Shown: positions 63,591 through 64,000 of the stretch, piece by piece | Layout of the letters: the number at the start of each line of letters is the position of its first letter | Position numbering within the stretch: the stretch's first letter is position 1 | Translations under genes and position numbers: made by a program | From: an uncultured Pseudomonadota bacterium | GTDB lineage: Bacteria > Oederibacteriota > Muellerivitia > Muellerivitales > Muellerivitaceae | DNA length: 64,000 nt | Reading direction: 5' to 3' | Assembly (NCBI GenBank): GCA_963843375.1 | Contig: CAWJKT010000007.1 | Span: 32,001-96,000, forward strand | The notes under the pieces: generated by a model | Database searches by the model: none | What the model was told of the DNA's origin: nothing | The model's input: only the letters and a program-made list of their open reading frames with translations

Positions 63591-64000
63591 GCCGTATTTT
63601 CGCCGCGGCCTTTTTGATAAACTACGATTGGTTCTTCCCGTTTCAGGATGACCCCTTCGGTGATGACAACTTCTTTGATGTCCTTACGGGAAGGAATTTC
63701 GTACATCAAATCCATCATGACTTCCTCGAGGATTGACCGAAGACCCCTGGCACCTGATTGCCGCTTAATGGCTTCCTTGGATACCGCATGCAAGGCCTCA
63801 GGAGTGAATTTAAGCTTCACGTTTTCCATTTCAAAATAACGTTGGTATTGTTTGGTCACGGCGTTCTTGGGTTCGGTCAATACCCGGACCAAAGAGGCCT
63901 CATCCAACTCATGCAGGGCGGCCACGACCGGAAGACGCCCTATAAATTCCGGTATCAACCCGAATTTGATGAGGTCTTCGGGCTGAACTTGCTCGAATAA
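63587..64000 (-). CDS. clpX: ATP-dependent Clp protease ATPase ClpX, C-terminal part
   Basis: [42 protein letters not shown]. Confidence 0.96.
   Translation of the reverse strand, partial: LFEQVQPEDLIKFGLIPEFIGRLPVVAALHELDEASLVRVLTEPKNAVTKQYQRYFEMENVKLKFTPEALHAVSKEAIKRQSGARGLRSILEEVMMDLMYEIPSRKDIKEVVITEGVILKREEPIVVYQKGRGENTA

Overview
A 64 kb, gene-dense stretch of a bacterial chromosome from a diderm organism (lipoproteins, predicted outer-membrane barrels, a Tat substrate, PilZ/MCP). Two secreted proteins with Thr/Pro linkers and T9SS/FlgD-Ig-like C-terminal domains suggest a poorly characterised lineage such as FCPU426/Goldbacteria; this is inference only. Housekeeping genes: secA, ligA, nusB, ribD-ribE-yaaR-ribBA-ribH, gpmA, NAD kinase, nth, serC, ychF, pepA, serA and part of clpX. 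Accessory blocks: (i) a CHASE2 adenylate cyclase-FecR-outer-membrane barrel-lipoprotein cluster; (ii) glycosyltransferase/ATP-grasp genes; (iii) an AT-rich islet (MTHFR + DUF4424-like) next to a 22-bp tRNA 3' fragment; (iv) DUF1800/DUF1501 opposite a GH74-like secreted protein; (v) an ECF sigma/anti-sigma/Spy-CpxP module whose promoter motif recurs upstream of DUF1800 and of a GT39 gene. Several core genes carry short indels, most likely consensus errors. No rRNA, intact tRNA, CRISPR array, transposase or integrase was seen. All family assignments come from motif recognition by eye, not from database searches.
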